From Spirochaetota bacterium (lineage in GTDB: Bacteria; Spirochaetota; UBA4802; JAFGDQ01), in contig JAZDKB010000018.1 in the NCBI GenBank assembly GCA_043803405.1, positions 96,001 through 160,000 of the forward strand: a stretch of 64,000 nt of DNA, written 5' to 3'. Below, in pieces: positions 29,299-38,478 of the stretch. Under the pieces are notes generated by a model. That model was given only the letters and a program-made list of their open reading frames with translations. It ran no database searches and was not told where the DNA came from. The position numbers were made by a program, and so were the translations under genes. How positions within the stretch are numbered: the first letter of the stretch is position 1; the number at the start of each line of letters is the position of its first letter.

Positions 29299-29425
29299 GC
29301 GTGCTGAGAAGCAAAGACGGAAACAGGCGAATATAGGTGAAAAGTTTTCTGGATGGTACAGACTTTCGGGAGCTTTCGTTCTTGAAAGCAATAGTGATCG
29401 AAGCAGCAGAGCACGGATTAAAAGC
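29299..29425 (+). repeat. ~115-bp cassette-spacer repeat, copy A
   Basis: Aligns with 30431-30545 and 31268-31384. Confidence 0.9.
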
Positions 29426-29525
29426 AACGGCAAAGGTTATAAAAATCTAATGACTAGAAAGTGTAAAAAATATAATTTTCCCCTTGACTTTAAGGGCATT
29501 AATTACGACCATATTAATAGATCAC

Positions 29526-29576
29526 CCCGTTTGCTTCGGCGGCGGGCGCAAGGCTGTCTTTCGAGACGGCCTTTGC
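29526..29576 (+). promoter_or_regulatory. Twin UUCG-loop hairpins in the NYN leader
   Basis: CCCGTTTGC-TTCG-GCGGCGGG and GCAAGGCTGTCT-TTCG-AGACGGCCTTTGC. Confidence 0.65.
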
Positions 29577-29596
29577 TATTTTAAGAGGGTAATCTA

Positions 29597-30223
29597 ATGG
29601 TTCCCATGCGAACTGTTGTTTATATTGATGGTTTCAATCTTTATTATGGAACAATAAAGGGTACACCTTATAAATGGTTGAATCTTGATGCACTTTGCAA
29701 AGCGTATCTTAATACAGCAAAAAACGATATTCAAAAGATAAAATATTTTACTGCTCTTGTGAAAGCACGACCCCATGATCCAGACCAGACTAGTCGCCAG
29801 CAAACATTTTTACGGGCTCTTAAAACTATACCTCATCTTGAGATCATCTTAGGCCATTTTCTTTCTCATGAGGTCGTTATGCCTCTTGCAGATGGAACAG
29901 GTTATGTAAAAGTAATTAAAACAGAGGAAAAGAAATCGGACGTAAATATTGCTGTACATATGTTGCATGATGCTTATAAAAATCTTTATGATCTGGCAGT
30001 GCTTATTTCAAATGATTCTGATCTTTCGGAACCTTTACGAATAATTAAAGAAGAATTTAATAAAAAAATAGGAATTATTAATCCTCATAAAAAACCAAGC
30101 CGTGAACTTGGCAAATATGCTCTTTTCCAGAAACAGATAAGGTTTGGTACTCTCGCAGTATGTCAATTTCCAGTTCAAATGAAAGATAAGCATGGAATTA
30201 TTTATAAGCCTGGGAAATGGTAA
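29597..30223 (+). CDS. NYN (LabA/DUF88 PIN-like) domain ribonuclease
   Basis: VYIDGFNLYYG, EEKKSDVNIA, ISNDSDL. Confidence 0.92.
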   Translation: MVPMRTVVYIDGFNLYYGTIKGTPYKWLNLDALCKAYLNTAKNDIQKIKYFTALVKARPHDPDQTSRQQTFLRALKTIPHLEIILGHFLSHEVVMPLADGTGYVKVIKTEEKKSDVNIAVHMLHDAYKNLYDLAVLISNDSDLSEPLRIIKEEFNKKIGIINPHKKPSRELGKYALFQKQIRFGTLAVCQFPVQMKDKHGIIYKPGKW

Positions 30224-30367
30224 GATAAGAATTAAAGTTATTTGGTAAAATTTATATCAACTGGTATACAAACAGAGCAAGCAATTGCAATAAATTACTC
30301 ATGAGAGACGATATTGTCAGATAGCGCAATCGCAGACAAGCATGAAACGTCGTGAGCTGTCACTTGT

Positions 30368-30545
30368 AACAGCGACCGGAAGCAGCAAAGACGGATTAAA
30401 AGCACAGGCGTGCGGGCAGTCTTATCAGCAGCGTGCTGAGCAGCAAAGACGGACACAGGCGAACATAGCTGAAAAGTTTTCTGGATGGTACAGACTTTCG
30501 GGAACTCTCGTTCTTGAAAGCAACAGCGATCGGAGCAGCAGGGGC
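30368..30545 (+). repeat. Cassette-spacer repeat copy B (30431-30545) preceded by a copy of the repeat tail (30368-30403)
   Basis: GCGTGCTGAG..AAAAGTTTTCTGGATGGTACAGACTTTCGGGA..CTTGAAAGCAA shared with copy A. Confidence 0.9.
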
Positions 30546-30571
30546 GGAGTGAGGGCACAGACCTTCGGATT

Positions 30572-30904
30572 TCAGCCTTTAAAGATTTTTATAACAGTAT
30601 TAATTATTTCGCTGAATTTCTGAACTTTAAGTGAGCCAATTTTATATAGTATGATTTTTGAATCAGCTGTAAAAATTTTATTTGGCCGGATATTGCTCTC
30701 TTTAAAAATAGTGCCTTCAGAGAAATCATCAGCGGATAACCCCACAGCGAGTGAATCATAAACTTTCTGACTTGTTATTTGACAGAGAATCAGATCATTG
30801 TTAGACGAGTTAGTCAGAACAAGAGCCGGCCTTCGTTTTGCGTTCGTTAAATCGAAATATGGAAAAGGAATAACGACAACATCTCCTTTTACAAATTTTT
30901 CCAT
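30572..30904 (-). CDS. mazF: PemK/MazF toxin
   Basis: GDVVVIPFP..KRRPALVL..CQITS. Confidence 0.9.
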   Translation of the reverse strand: MEKFVKGDVVVIPFPYFDLTNAKRRPALVLTNSSNNDLILCQITSQKVYDSLAVGLSADDFSEGTIFKESNIRPNKIFTADSKIILYKIGSLKVQKFSEIINTVIKIFKG

Positions 30905-31080
30905 GCTTCGTCCTCTACAGGCGAGAGCCAGTCTTTTTCAAGTGATGATTCAGAAAGAATATATGTATCGAGCTTGTCCAGTTTTTTTTGTTCAAGAAAG
31001 CGTACAAAATCGAGCACCTCTGCAAGCATTGGCTCCGGCAGGTTTTCTATTTCTTTAATTATTATATTTTTAGAATTCAT
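30889..31080 (-). CDS. DUF2281-like antitoxin
   Basis: IENLPEPMLAEVLDFVRFL..SESSLEKDW..EDEAWKNL; overlaps mazF. Confidence 0.85.
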   Translation of the reverse strand: MNSKNIIIKEIENLPEPMLAEVLDFVRFLEQKKLDKLDTYILSESSLEKDWLSPVEDEAWKNL

Positions 31081-31267
31081 GATTTACCTTTGTTATTAAG
31101 TATAATAGTAAATTTTAATGTAAGTCAATTGAATTTAAATTATATAGTTCAAAAAAATTAGTCAAGTCAAAAAGTATTGATTATGACAATAACGATAGCA
31201 TAAAAATGACATTTATGCAATGAAGCAATGGAGTAGCAAAAAAGTGCGAGAGCTCAAAACAGCAACA

Positions 31268-31384
31268 GCGCTCGTGCGCAGCAGAGAGATTACAGACTAA
31301 CATAGCTGAGAGATTATCTTGACGGCACAGACGTACGGGAGCTTTCGTCCGGGAAAGCAAAGGCGATCGGAGCAGCAGGGGCTG
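31268..31384 (+). repeat. Cassette-spacer repeat copy C (more diverged)
   Basis: AACATAGCTGA..ACAGAC..CGGGAGCTTTCGT..GAAAGCAA..GCGATCGGAGCAGCAGGGGC. Confidence 0.8.
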
Positions 31385-31582
31385 TTATATTACAGGATAA
31401 AAGACATAAATGAAATGGGACAGGAAGTATTTACAGGCAACCGCCTTAAATCCGGCCAGTATAATACCGAGATACTTAACCGCAGAGGCGGCGCAGAAAG
31501 GGAAAAAGAAGAGCCTGTACTTGCAGGAGCAAAAGCATAAGGGCGGCCGCAGGCCGGAAGGGAATTTATGCAAATGACTGAA

Positions 31583-31669
31583 AGAGATAAAATAAGTTTT
31601 TCAGCAAAGATTGTTCCCCCTTACCAAGGGGGAACGGCCGCAAAGCGGCCGAGGGGGTGTAAGTAGCAA
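31583..31669 (+). repeat. Second copy of the 29208-29296 repeat
   Basis: Direct alignment. Confidence 0.9.
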
Positions 31670-31714
31670 CAGCGAGCGAACCAGCAATGACGTAATGATC
31701 AGAATCGTTAACAT

Positions 31715-31744
31715 GTAGGGGCACGGCAAATCGTGTCCATTACC
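31715..31744. repeat. Degenerate GTAG REP
   Basis: GTAGGGGCACGGCAAATCGTGTCCATTAC. Confidence 0.7.
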
Positions 31745-31759
31745 AGATAGATTCTCTGC

Positions 31760-31975
31760 TTAGTTATTCATAATCATATACTCGGCAATCGCTGTCGATT
31801 CCGGAACCGGAATATTATCTTCGGCCAGGCCTTGTAAATGAAGTTCAATTGCCTCATACATATTTTTTTCAGCTTGCTTTATGGTTTTTCCAGTTGCAAT
31901 GCATCCGGGCAAATCGGGTGAAAACGCAGAATAATTTTTTTTTGCTTTTTCTATGATTATTAAAAATTTTTGCAT
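31760..31975 (-). CDS. hicB: HicB antitoxin
   Basis: YSAFSPDLPGCIATGKT..EAIELHL. Confidence 0.9.
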   Translation of the reverse strand: MQKFLIIIEKAKKNYSAFSPDLPGCIATGKTIKQAEKNMYEAIELHLQGLAEDNIPVPESTAIAEYMIMNN

Positions 31976-31981
31976 AATAAG

Positions 31982-32176
31982 TTATTCCTTATTCTTTAAT
32001 TGAGCTTGTTTGAAAATACTGTTTAATGTACCGGAAGCAATATCATCAGATGGTTTGCCGGCGATTGTTAAACGTCCGGATTTATACAAATGCTTATATT
32101 GTCTATGACTTCCCTTTGTTGTTACGAGAAACCAGCCATCTGATTCGATTATTTTAATAATATCTCTGATTTTCAT
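31982..32176 (-). CDS. hicA: HicA toxin
   Basis: DGW..KGSHRQYKH..GTLNSI; start corrected to MKIRD. Confidence 0.9.
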   Translation of the reverse strand: MKIRDIIKIIESDGWFLVTTKGSHRQYKHLYKSGRLTIAGKPSDDIASGTLNSIFKQAQLKNKE

Positions 32177-32272
32177 TTCTGGAATATGTATAGTAAAGAT
32201 TAGCGACAATTGCAATATTTTTTTCTATTTATATGCCGTTTATCGGGTTATATAATAATTAAAATCGAACAT

Positions 32273-32485
32273 GTAGGGGCACGGCATGCCGTACCCCTAC
32301 AGATGGACATGTCCCTATAGACAATACTGGGACATATGTAGGGGCAAAAATTTTTCATCCCTACAGACATTGCCCCTGCAGGTGTCCGTCAAACAACGGT
32401 GTAGGTATGTCAAAAACGATCGGATCAATTATTCGCGATTTTAAAATCAGTATGACGAATTGGAATAAAGATGAGCATAATTCGA
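32273..32485 (+). pseudogene. REP cluster plus internally deleted RAYT remnant
   Basis: REPs at 32273-32300 and ~32338; then MSKTIGSIIRDFKISMT|NWNKDEHN, matching two RAYT segments with the WQR..Y region missing. Confidence 0.65.
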
Positions 32486-32608
32486 TTGTAAATAATAACG
32501 AAGTATTTTTATTGACTCTTTCCTGTAATGATTCTACTTTTTTTATACCTACTTAAATAAATTTATCTTTTAATATAATTTGTAACAAATATTTAAAAGG
32601 ACAATCCA

Positions 32609-33337
32609 ATGAAAATAAAAATTCTCGGAAACGGAGGATATGTAAACAAAGGACTTCCGTATAATTCGTTTATTATTAATTCAAAGCTTTTGGTGGAATG
32701 TCCTCCGGATATAATGGTTTCACTTCACAGGGAAAAAGTGAATCTGCCTTTGATAGAAGAAATTTTTATTTCGCATCTGCACGGCGATCACTGTTTCGGA
32801 TTCCCGTTTTTCGTGTATCATTTTTATCACAATGAAATTAATGTTAAATTCAGGCTTTTTTCGGTAAAAGAAGCAAAGGAACATTTAATTGATTTAACTG
32901 AAAAGGCATTGTCAGCCGGGAACCCGTGCATTGACTGGATCAATAAAAACATAGAATTTGTAAATATTTCAGATAATCCTGAGATCAGTTTGCTGAATTA
33001 TAAAGCCAGGCTTTTCCGAATGGATCATTCCAGGGAGAATTACGGATTCGTTCTTTATGATAATGGGAGAAGTTCCCTGTCGTATATATCAGATACGAAA
33101 TGGTCGGAGAATATTGAAGCAATGCTTAAAGAAAATCCCAAAGCGGTTTTAGTTGATCTTGCAGGTGAGCCTGAGGATAAAAATCCTGTTCATTTAAGCG
33201 AGAAAGAAATAATAGCAAAGGGAATCAAGCTTGTAAGTAAAGAAACAATATTTTACGGTACGCATTTAATTCATAAAAAGAAAAGCTCTCATCATAGAAT
33301 TAAGTATGTAAAGCCGGGAATGAAGATCAAGATATAA
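32609..33337 (+). CDS. MBL-fold metallo-hydrolase (RNase Z-like)
   Basis: SHLHGDH, MDH, ISDT, H..E, GTH; promoter TTGACT-17-TACTTT at 32512. Confidence 0.88.
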   Translation: MKIKILGNGGYVNKGLPYNSFIINSKLLVECPPDIMVSLHREKVNLPLIEEIFISHLHGDHCFGFPFFVYHFYHNEINVKFRLFSVKEAKEHLIDLTEKALSAGNPCIDWINKNIEFVNISDNPEISLLNYKARLFRMDHSRENYGFVLYDNGRSSLSYISDTKWSENIEAMLKENPKAVLVDLAGEPEDKNPVHLSEKEIIAKGIKLVSKETIFYGTHLIHKKKSSHHRIKYVKPGMKIKI

Positions 33338-33376
33338 GCTATATTGAAGAAATAATATATTATATAGGAGTTTCCA

Positions 33377-36300
33377 GTGTATGCAGCAATGGTTAATGCG
33401 TTAAAAAAAATAATGCCATATTTTATTTTTTTATTTATTATTGTCTGCACAAACACTCCAAATTCAATCAAGACCGATGCCGATAAAAATAAAATCTTTA
33501 GCAGCATGTATCTTAATAATAAGGAACCGGCAGGAAAGCTGGAACTTATACCGCGGATTATTCCAATAAGCGATTTTTCAGCAAAAGAAATAATACAAAA
33601 ATCAAATCCGATTTCATGGTATGTGAAAGGCCTGCGGGGTGTTCATATTGAAGACAGCGAAACAGGCAAAAAGTTTTACAAAATATTCGGCTTTGGCTCA
33701 ACAGTTGTTAAGTCGGATTATATTCATCTTCTGGACAAAGAAAAGAAACTGGTATTTGTAGAAGTTTACGATTCAGGCGGCCATTCATATTACGCTATTG
33801 TTGACATGAATGCAAACAAAGTAATTCACGAGCAGGAGACTCCGGGTTGCCTTGTTCTTCCCCTGGAAGGGAATTTGCTGGTACATGAAAGTAAAACAAA
33901 AAAATGGTTTTTAAGAGACTATACCTTTGCGCAAAAGTTTGAAAATGATCTTACCAGAATGCTTACAAACAAAAAGATACAGTATATACATTATAAAAAT
34001 ATCGATGAAAAAAGCAGAAGTATTTTATGTTCATCAGAATATAAGGACATGAATGAAAATGGAATTCTGATAAATATTTCCTGGAAAAAGGATTTTAAAA
34101 ACGCAAAGGCTATACCGCTTGTCAGCGCATTTGAAGGGAAAAAACATTACAGTGACCAATTTCAATTTGCTCAGTCGGGCGAGTGGGCTGCATGGGAATA
34201 TTCGAACTCAGTGCAGAAGAACGAATCAATATACACTATTTATTCAGAGCTTTACTTCTTTCTTCGCATTGAAGGCGAAATTTACGATACACCGTTCTAT
34301 GGCGGCGTTATAGTTAAGAGGGAAAGCGGGCGCGGTGCAGATACAGACATAATAAGCGAATTCCTGACACATAAAGATTACGGTGAGTGCTTTGCAGTGT
34401 ATAACTGCACATGGCTGAAAGGCAGCAGATCTGTTTTGCTGTACACTCGTGATGATTTAAAAAAAGCTTATAAAGCAAATAAAGAACAGGCTGTAGCTAA
34501 AAAACTGGCATTGCAAAAAAGCAGCTATTCTGTAAATATCGAAATCTCTGGTGCTAAAGAAATTACTTTTTACCCGCCTGCACCCGTATATCAGTATAAA
34601 GTATCTCCCGACGGGCATTTCGTTGCAATTGAAGACTGGGAATTCCGTATATCGGTATATCCTATTGTTAATGGGGCTGTTTCTGCAGTGCCATGCAGCC
34701 GTTTTTTGCCATATGGAGATAAGGTTAAAGGAATATATTTCTCCCCTGACTCCAATACAATTCTTACGACTGCATTGAATAGCGCAGGTATTGTTTCATG
34801 GAACCGCTTCGGAGCGCTGAACGCAAAAATAGATTCAGGGCAGGTTTCCGATATTCATTGCTACACAAACAATGTATTTGTTTTTGCAGAGGGAGAGAGA
34901 CAAATTAAAATCCGCAGCATATACGGGAAAATCATTTGCGACTATTTCATTCCATTTGATGACGATGTGTATAAACCTTTATGTGTAACAGCGTCCGCGT
35001 CTGGAAGCAGGATTATTGCAGGCACATCAGGCGGATGGATATATTTTATCGATACAAAGACAGGAAAATTTTCCAGAAAAGATTATAAGACATCTGACAT
35101 TACACAAGTCTGTTTAAGCCCGAGTGACGATTATTTTGCCTTTAACGTTCCGTTTAAAAAGACAGTATATGTGTGCAATCTTAACGGACGGATAATCAGA
35201 AATATTTCCCCTGCTGTTTTCAATTTAACAAAAGAGTCGTGGCAAAAGGAGATAGACAAAAGTCCCGCGGGAAATTGCTCAAGAATGATATATACACCTG
35301 AAAAGGAAATCAGTCTTATGACTTCCTCACATAAAGGCGATTTCTTGGTATATGTTAATCAGGATAATGACATCTGCTTTATGCCGGATAATTTCAGTAC
35401 AATCATTTACTCAAAATACCATTCCGACGAAGTAAACGCGATTGCTGTTTCACCTGACGACAGCCTGGTTGCAACAGGCGGCAAGGATATGAAGATATGC
35501 CTCTGGGACAGAAACGGCCGTCTTACAGGTACTTTTTTCGGGTGTACGAACCCTGTTGAAAACATAGCGTTCTCAAAAGACGGTAAAGAGATAATCGCGT
35601 CTTCATCAGGACAGATAATCTCATTCGACAGAAATGGATCAATTCTGCGCGAGAATCGCTTTGATTTTTACGGTAATCAGGGATCCGGGAATTCAGGCTC
35701 TGTTTATCTTTATCATAAAAAAGGCTCGTATCCTGAGCTTAAGAATTTACAGGGGAATACTCTTAATAAGTTTAAGGATTATAAATTAAAGGGTGAATAT
35801 ATTATAACAGATCAGTGGGCTTATGAGGTTACGCGTTATTCTGTAACCGACAATTCTTTCGTAAACAACGCTGTCTTTTCGCAGGACGACAAATATATCG
35901 CGCTTATAAAGGATGACACGAATATTGATTTCTGCGAAACAAATCATAAAATACTTTTTTCTATAGCGACGAATAATGCCAGGTATAATAAGGCTGTATT
36001 TTCGCCTGACGGCAGGTATGCAGCATGTAATATATACAGGGGAAAGTACGCGGGCGATGGCATTGTCGGGTTAGAACAGGTGCTTGTGATTGACCTTCAA
36101 ACTAAAAAAAACGTGCTGCTTTTAAATGAAAATCCAGGTTTTGATTTTAGCGGTAATTCCGAAAGCTTATTTACCTATAATGACGGAATCATTAAGCAAT
36201 GGGACCTTAAGGAAATATTCAAAGGAAAAACCCGGATTATAAACTGCTCAGGCCAGAAAGGCATAACAAGGGATTACAGGCTGAGCTTTAAGGATTTTTA

Positions 36301-37204
36301 TGCTGACAATGAATTTAAGATTGATGCAGCCGCCTTTATGCCAGGAAAGCTTATTATACATGGTTCTTCATGGAGAGATTTTTCCGAGTACTCGCCAGCT
36401 ACTCTGAAGTATAATAAAAGCTTTAACAGTAATTTTCATGATAATCTTGACAGCTCGCCTGACAACAAATGGATATCGGTTTCTGATAAAGATAAAATCG
36501 CTGTCTGGGATTCTCAGAAACGAAGCCTTTTATGGGAAAAGAGTATTAATAAAGACAGGATAAGCAAAAGCGCGTTTTCTGCTGACAGCAGGCTCCTGGC
36601 ATTGTACCAATACGATACTTACGACTGGGGCAAGGGACGTATTGCCAGGTTCGTTGACGTACAAACTGGCGCAGTTAAGCTTGAAGCAAAAAAGCGCTAT
36701 CAGGGTCATGCGGATACAGTGCGCTTCAGTAATGACAGCAAAATGCTTTGCATTTCATCATCCGAAAATCCGATTGTCTTTATTTCTGCTGAAACAGGCG
36801 AGGAGATATGGACTGCTTCAATGAAAAACTGCAATGTTTTCGATATTGCTTTTTCTCCGGATAATAAATGTTTTGCTGCAGCTGTAAGGAATTATAATAC
36901 ACATATACGAAAAATATTGATTTATGACATAAACACCAAAAAGGTTCTGTGGGAATTTACGAATCTTCGAAGTGATATACAATGCCTCATGTTCTCTGCA
37001 GACAATAAATACCTGTTTGAGGGCGATGAGTCATCTATACGTATCCGCGATCTTGCTACCAAAAAGATAATGTATACTATTGCCGGTTTTGACGGCCATC
37101 CCAAAAAGATGGGATTCTCCGGCAGCGAATATTTCTGCCTGCTGACAAGCGAAGACCATTTGTATGTTTATAACTGGAAGGATATTGCAGGATTTTTAAA
37201 ATGA
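33377..37204 (+). CDS. Large exported WD40-repeat protein
   Basis: Hydrophobic N-terminus with IVC; many [AF]SPD[GN] blades, HSDEVNAIAVSPD..ATGGKD..ICLWD. Confidence 0.85.
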   Translation: MYAAMVNALKKIMPYFIFLFIIVCTNTPNSIKTDADKNKIFSSMYLNNKEPAGKLELIPRIIPISDFSAKEIIQKSNPISWYVKGLRGVHIEDSETGKKFYKIFGFGSTVVKSDYIHLLDKEKKLVFVEVYDSGGHSYYAIVDMNANKVIHEQETPGCLVLPLEGNLLVHESKTKKWFLRDYTFAQKFENDLTRMLTNKKIQYIHYKNIDEKSRSILCSSEYKDMNENGILINISWKKDFKNAKAIPLVSAFEGKKHYSDQFQFAQSGEWAAWEYSNSVQKNESIYTIYSELYFFLRIEGEIYDTPFYGGVIVKRESGRGADTDIISEFLTHKDYGECFAVYNCTWLKGSRSVLLYTRDDLKKAYKANKEQAVAKKLALQKSSYSVNIEISGAKEITFYPPAPVYQYKVSPDGHFVAIEDWEFRISVYPIVNGAVSAVPCSRFLPYGDKVKGIYFSPDSNTILTTALNSAGIVSWNRFGALNAKIDSGQVSDIHCYTNNVFVFAEGERQIKIRSIYGKIICDYFIPFDDDVYKPLCVTASASGSRIIAGTSGGWIYFIDTKTGKFSRKDYKTSDITQVCLSPSDDYFAFNVPFKKTVYVCNLNGRIIRNISPAVFNLTKESWQKEIDKSPAGNCSRMIYTPEKEISLMTSSHKGDFLVYVNQDNDICFMPDNFSTIIYSKYHSDEVNAIAVSPDDSLVATGGKDMKICLWDRNGRLTGTFFGCTNPVENIAFSKDGKEIIASSSGQIISFDRNGSILRENRFDFYGNQGSGNSGSVYLYHKKGSYPELKNLQGNTLNKFKDYKLKGEYIITDQWAYEVTRYSVTDNSFVNNAVFSQDDKYIALIKDDTNIDFCETNHKILFSIATNNARYNKAVFSPDGRYAACNIYRGKYAGDGIVGLEQVLVIDLQTKKNVLLLNENPGFDFSGNSESLFTYNDGIIKQWDLKEIFKGKTRIINCSGQKGITRDYRLSFKDFYADNEFKIDAAAFMPGKLIIHGSSWRDFSEYSPATLKYNKSFNSNFHDNLDSSPDNKWISVSDKDKIAVWDSQKRSLLWEKSINKDRISKSAFSADSRLLALYQYDTYDWGKGRIARFVDVQTGAVKLEAKKRYQGHADTVRFSNDSKMLCISSSENPIVFISAETGEEIWTASMKNCNVFDIAFSPDNKCFAAAVRNYNTHIRKILIYDINTKKVLWEFTNLRSDIQCLMFSADNKYLFEGDESSIRIRDLATKKIMYTIAGFDGHPKKMGFSGSEYFCLLTSEDHLYVYNWKDIAGFLK

Positions 37205-37280
37205 ACTTCATTAGCTGACATTGAAGTTATTCATCCAGAAAATTTGTTCCGGATTATATGAAGACGTATTTCCCATCTGT

Positions 37281-37477
37281 GTATTTTTATTGACTCTTTC
37301 CGGTAATATTTCTATTATTTTTAATAGTATTTAATTTTATGCTTACTTACTTGAAAAGGGAATTAAATTAATAGGCAAAGAAACAGTATTTTACGGTACG
37401 CATTTAATTCACAAAAAGAAAAGCTCCCACCATAGAATTAAGTATGTCAGGCCGGGAATGTAAATTAAGATATAAGC
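37281..37477 (+). pseudogene. Promoter + 3'-end remnant of the 32609-33337 gene
   Basis: 37281-37320 matches 32503-32540; 37355-37477 matches 33217-33339, with a new TAA at 37461. Confidence 0.88.
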
Positions 37478-37517
37478 CAACTGTTGATATAACAAATATA
37501 ATAAACCGGAGGGATAT

Positions 37518-37784
37518 ATGGAAGAAGGGCAATATAAGGTTGCAGCTCGCATTACAGGCATTAAAGGCAAATGTGCATTCGGCCATAAGGTCGGTGAAAC
37601 ATTTGAGCTAAGCGGTTATACACCGGACGGGCTTTGCGGTTATTTTTATCATGATATTTACCCGTACATTATTATGCTGGAGTTCGGGGGAAAATTCCCC
37701 GCAGCATGGAGCGGAGAAATAATGAAGTTCGACTGCATGGATAAGGAAAATGCGGTAAGCATTGAAATGAGACGCGTTGATTAA
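37518..37784 (+). CDS. TIGR04076-like small Cys protein
   Basis: GKCAFGHKVGETF..GLC..GGKFP..CMD. Confidence 0.8.
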   Translation: MEEGQYKVAARITGIKGKCAFGHKVGETFELSGYTPDGLCGYFYHDIYPYIIMLEFGGKFPAAWSGEIMKFDCMDKENAVSIEMRRVD

Positions 37785-37798
37785 CTAAGGAGGATTTT

Positions 37799-38245
37799 GT
37801 GAAAGCGCTAATTCAGCGTGTAAGCCGCGCATCTGTCAGCATTGGCAGCGAGGTTGTCGGAAGTATTGGCAAAGGCCTTGCTGTTCTTGTCGGAGTTGTT
37901 AACGGGGATACACTGGAAGATGTTAAATACCTTGCAGGAAAAACGGTTAACCTGCGGATTTTCGAGGACGAACAGGGGAAATTCAACCTGTCGCTCCTTG
38001 ATATAAAAGGAGAGCTTCTTGTCGTAAGCCAGTTCACGCTCGCTGCTGATTGCAGAAGGGGGCGTAGGCCGAGTTTTACTGACGCTGCTGCTCCTGATAT
38101 TGCCGAAGATCTAATCAGCAACTTTGTTTCCGAAGCCGGTAAACTGGGCGTCAAAACTGCAACAGGCCGCTTCCGGTCCCACATGCTTGTAGAAATTCAC
38201 AATGACGGGCCTGTGACAATTATGCTAGACAGCGCTGAGAAGTAG
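37799..38245 (+). CDS. dtd: D-aminoacyl-tRNA deacylase
   Basis: IQRV, VSQFTL, GRRPSF, NDGPVT. Confidence 0.97.
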   Translation: MKALIQRVSRASVSIGSEVVGSIGKGLAVLVGVVNGDTLEDVKYLAGKTVNLRIFEDEQGKFNLSLLDIKGELLVVSQFTLAADCRRGRRPSFTDAAAPDIAEDLISNFVSEAGKLGVKTATGRFRSHMLVEIHNDGPVTIMLDSAEK

Positions 38246-38286
38246 ATTTATATGTCAAATAAATATTATGTATTTCAATTTTGGGT

Positions 38287-38440
38287 ACTAGTGTCTTGAC
38301 CGTATAAATTTAAATTGATTTTGCCACAGAGACACGGAGTCACAGAGAAGATGAATTAATTATTTTTATAAAAACTCAGTGACTCTATGACAAAATTTAA
38401 AATATTTTTTAATTCAAGATCATACGGTCTAAGCACTTGT
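38287..38440. repeat. Nested inverted-repeat element (CACAGAG type)
   Basis: Outer 38287-38305/38422-38440; inner 38318-38340/38374-38396. Confidence 0.75.
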
Positions 38441-38478
38441 AACCACAAAAACTGATCACTTGCAATTCAATCAATATT

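Noticed and set aside
29299..31384. Integron attC sites
   Set aside because: No RYYYAAC..GTTRRRY ends or full-length dyad; cassettes in both orientations; no IntI.
29122..31573. Short ORFs over the repeats (29122-29433, 29193-29414, 30295-30558, 30342-30623, 31319-31540)
   Set aside because: Their mutual similarity comes from the DNA repeat; frames are not conserved among copies.
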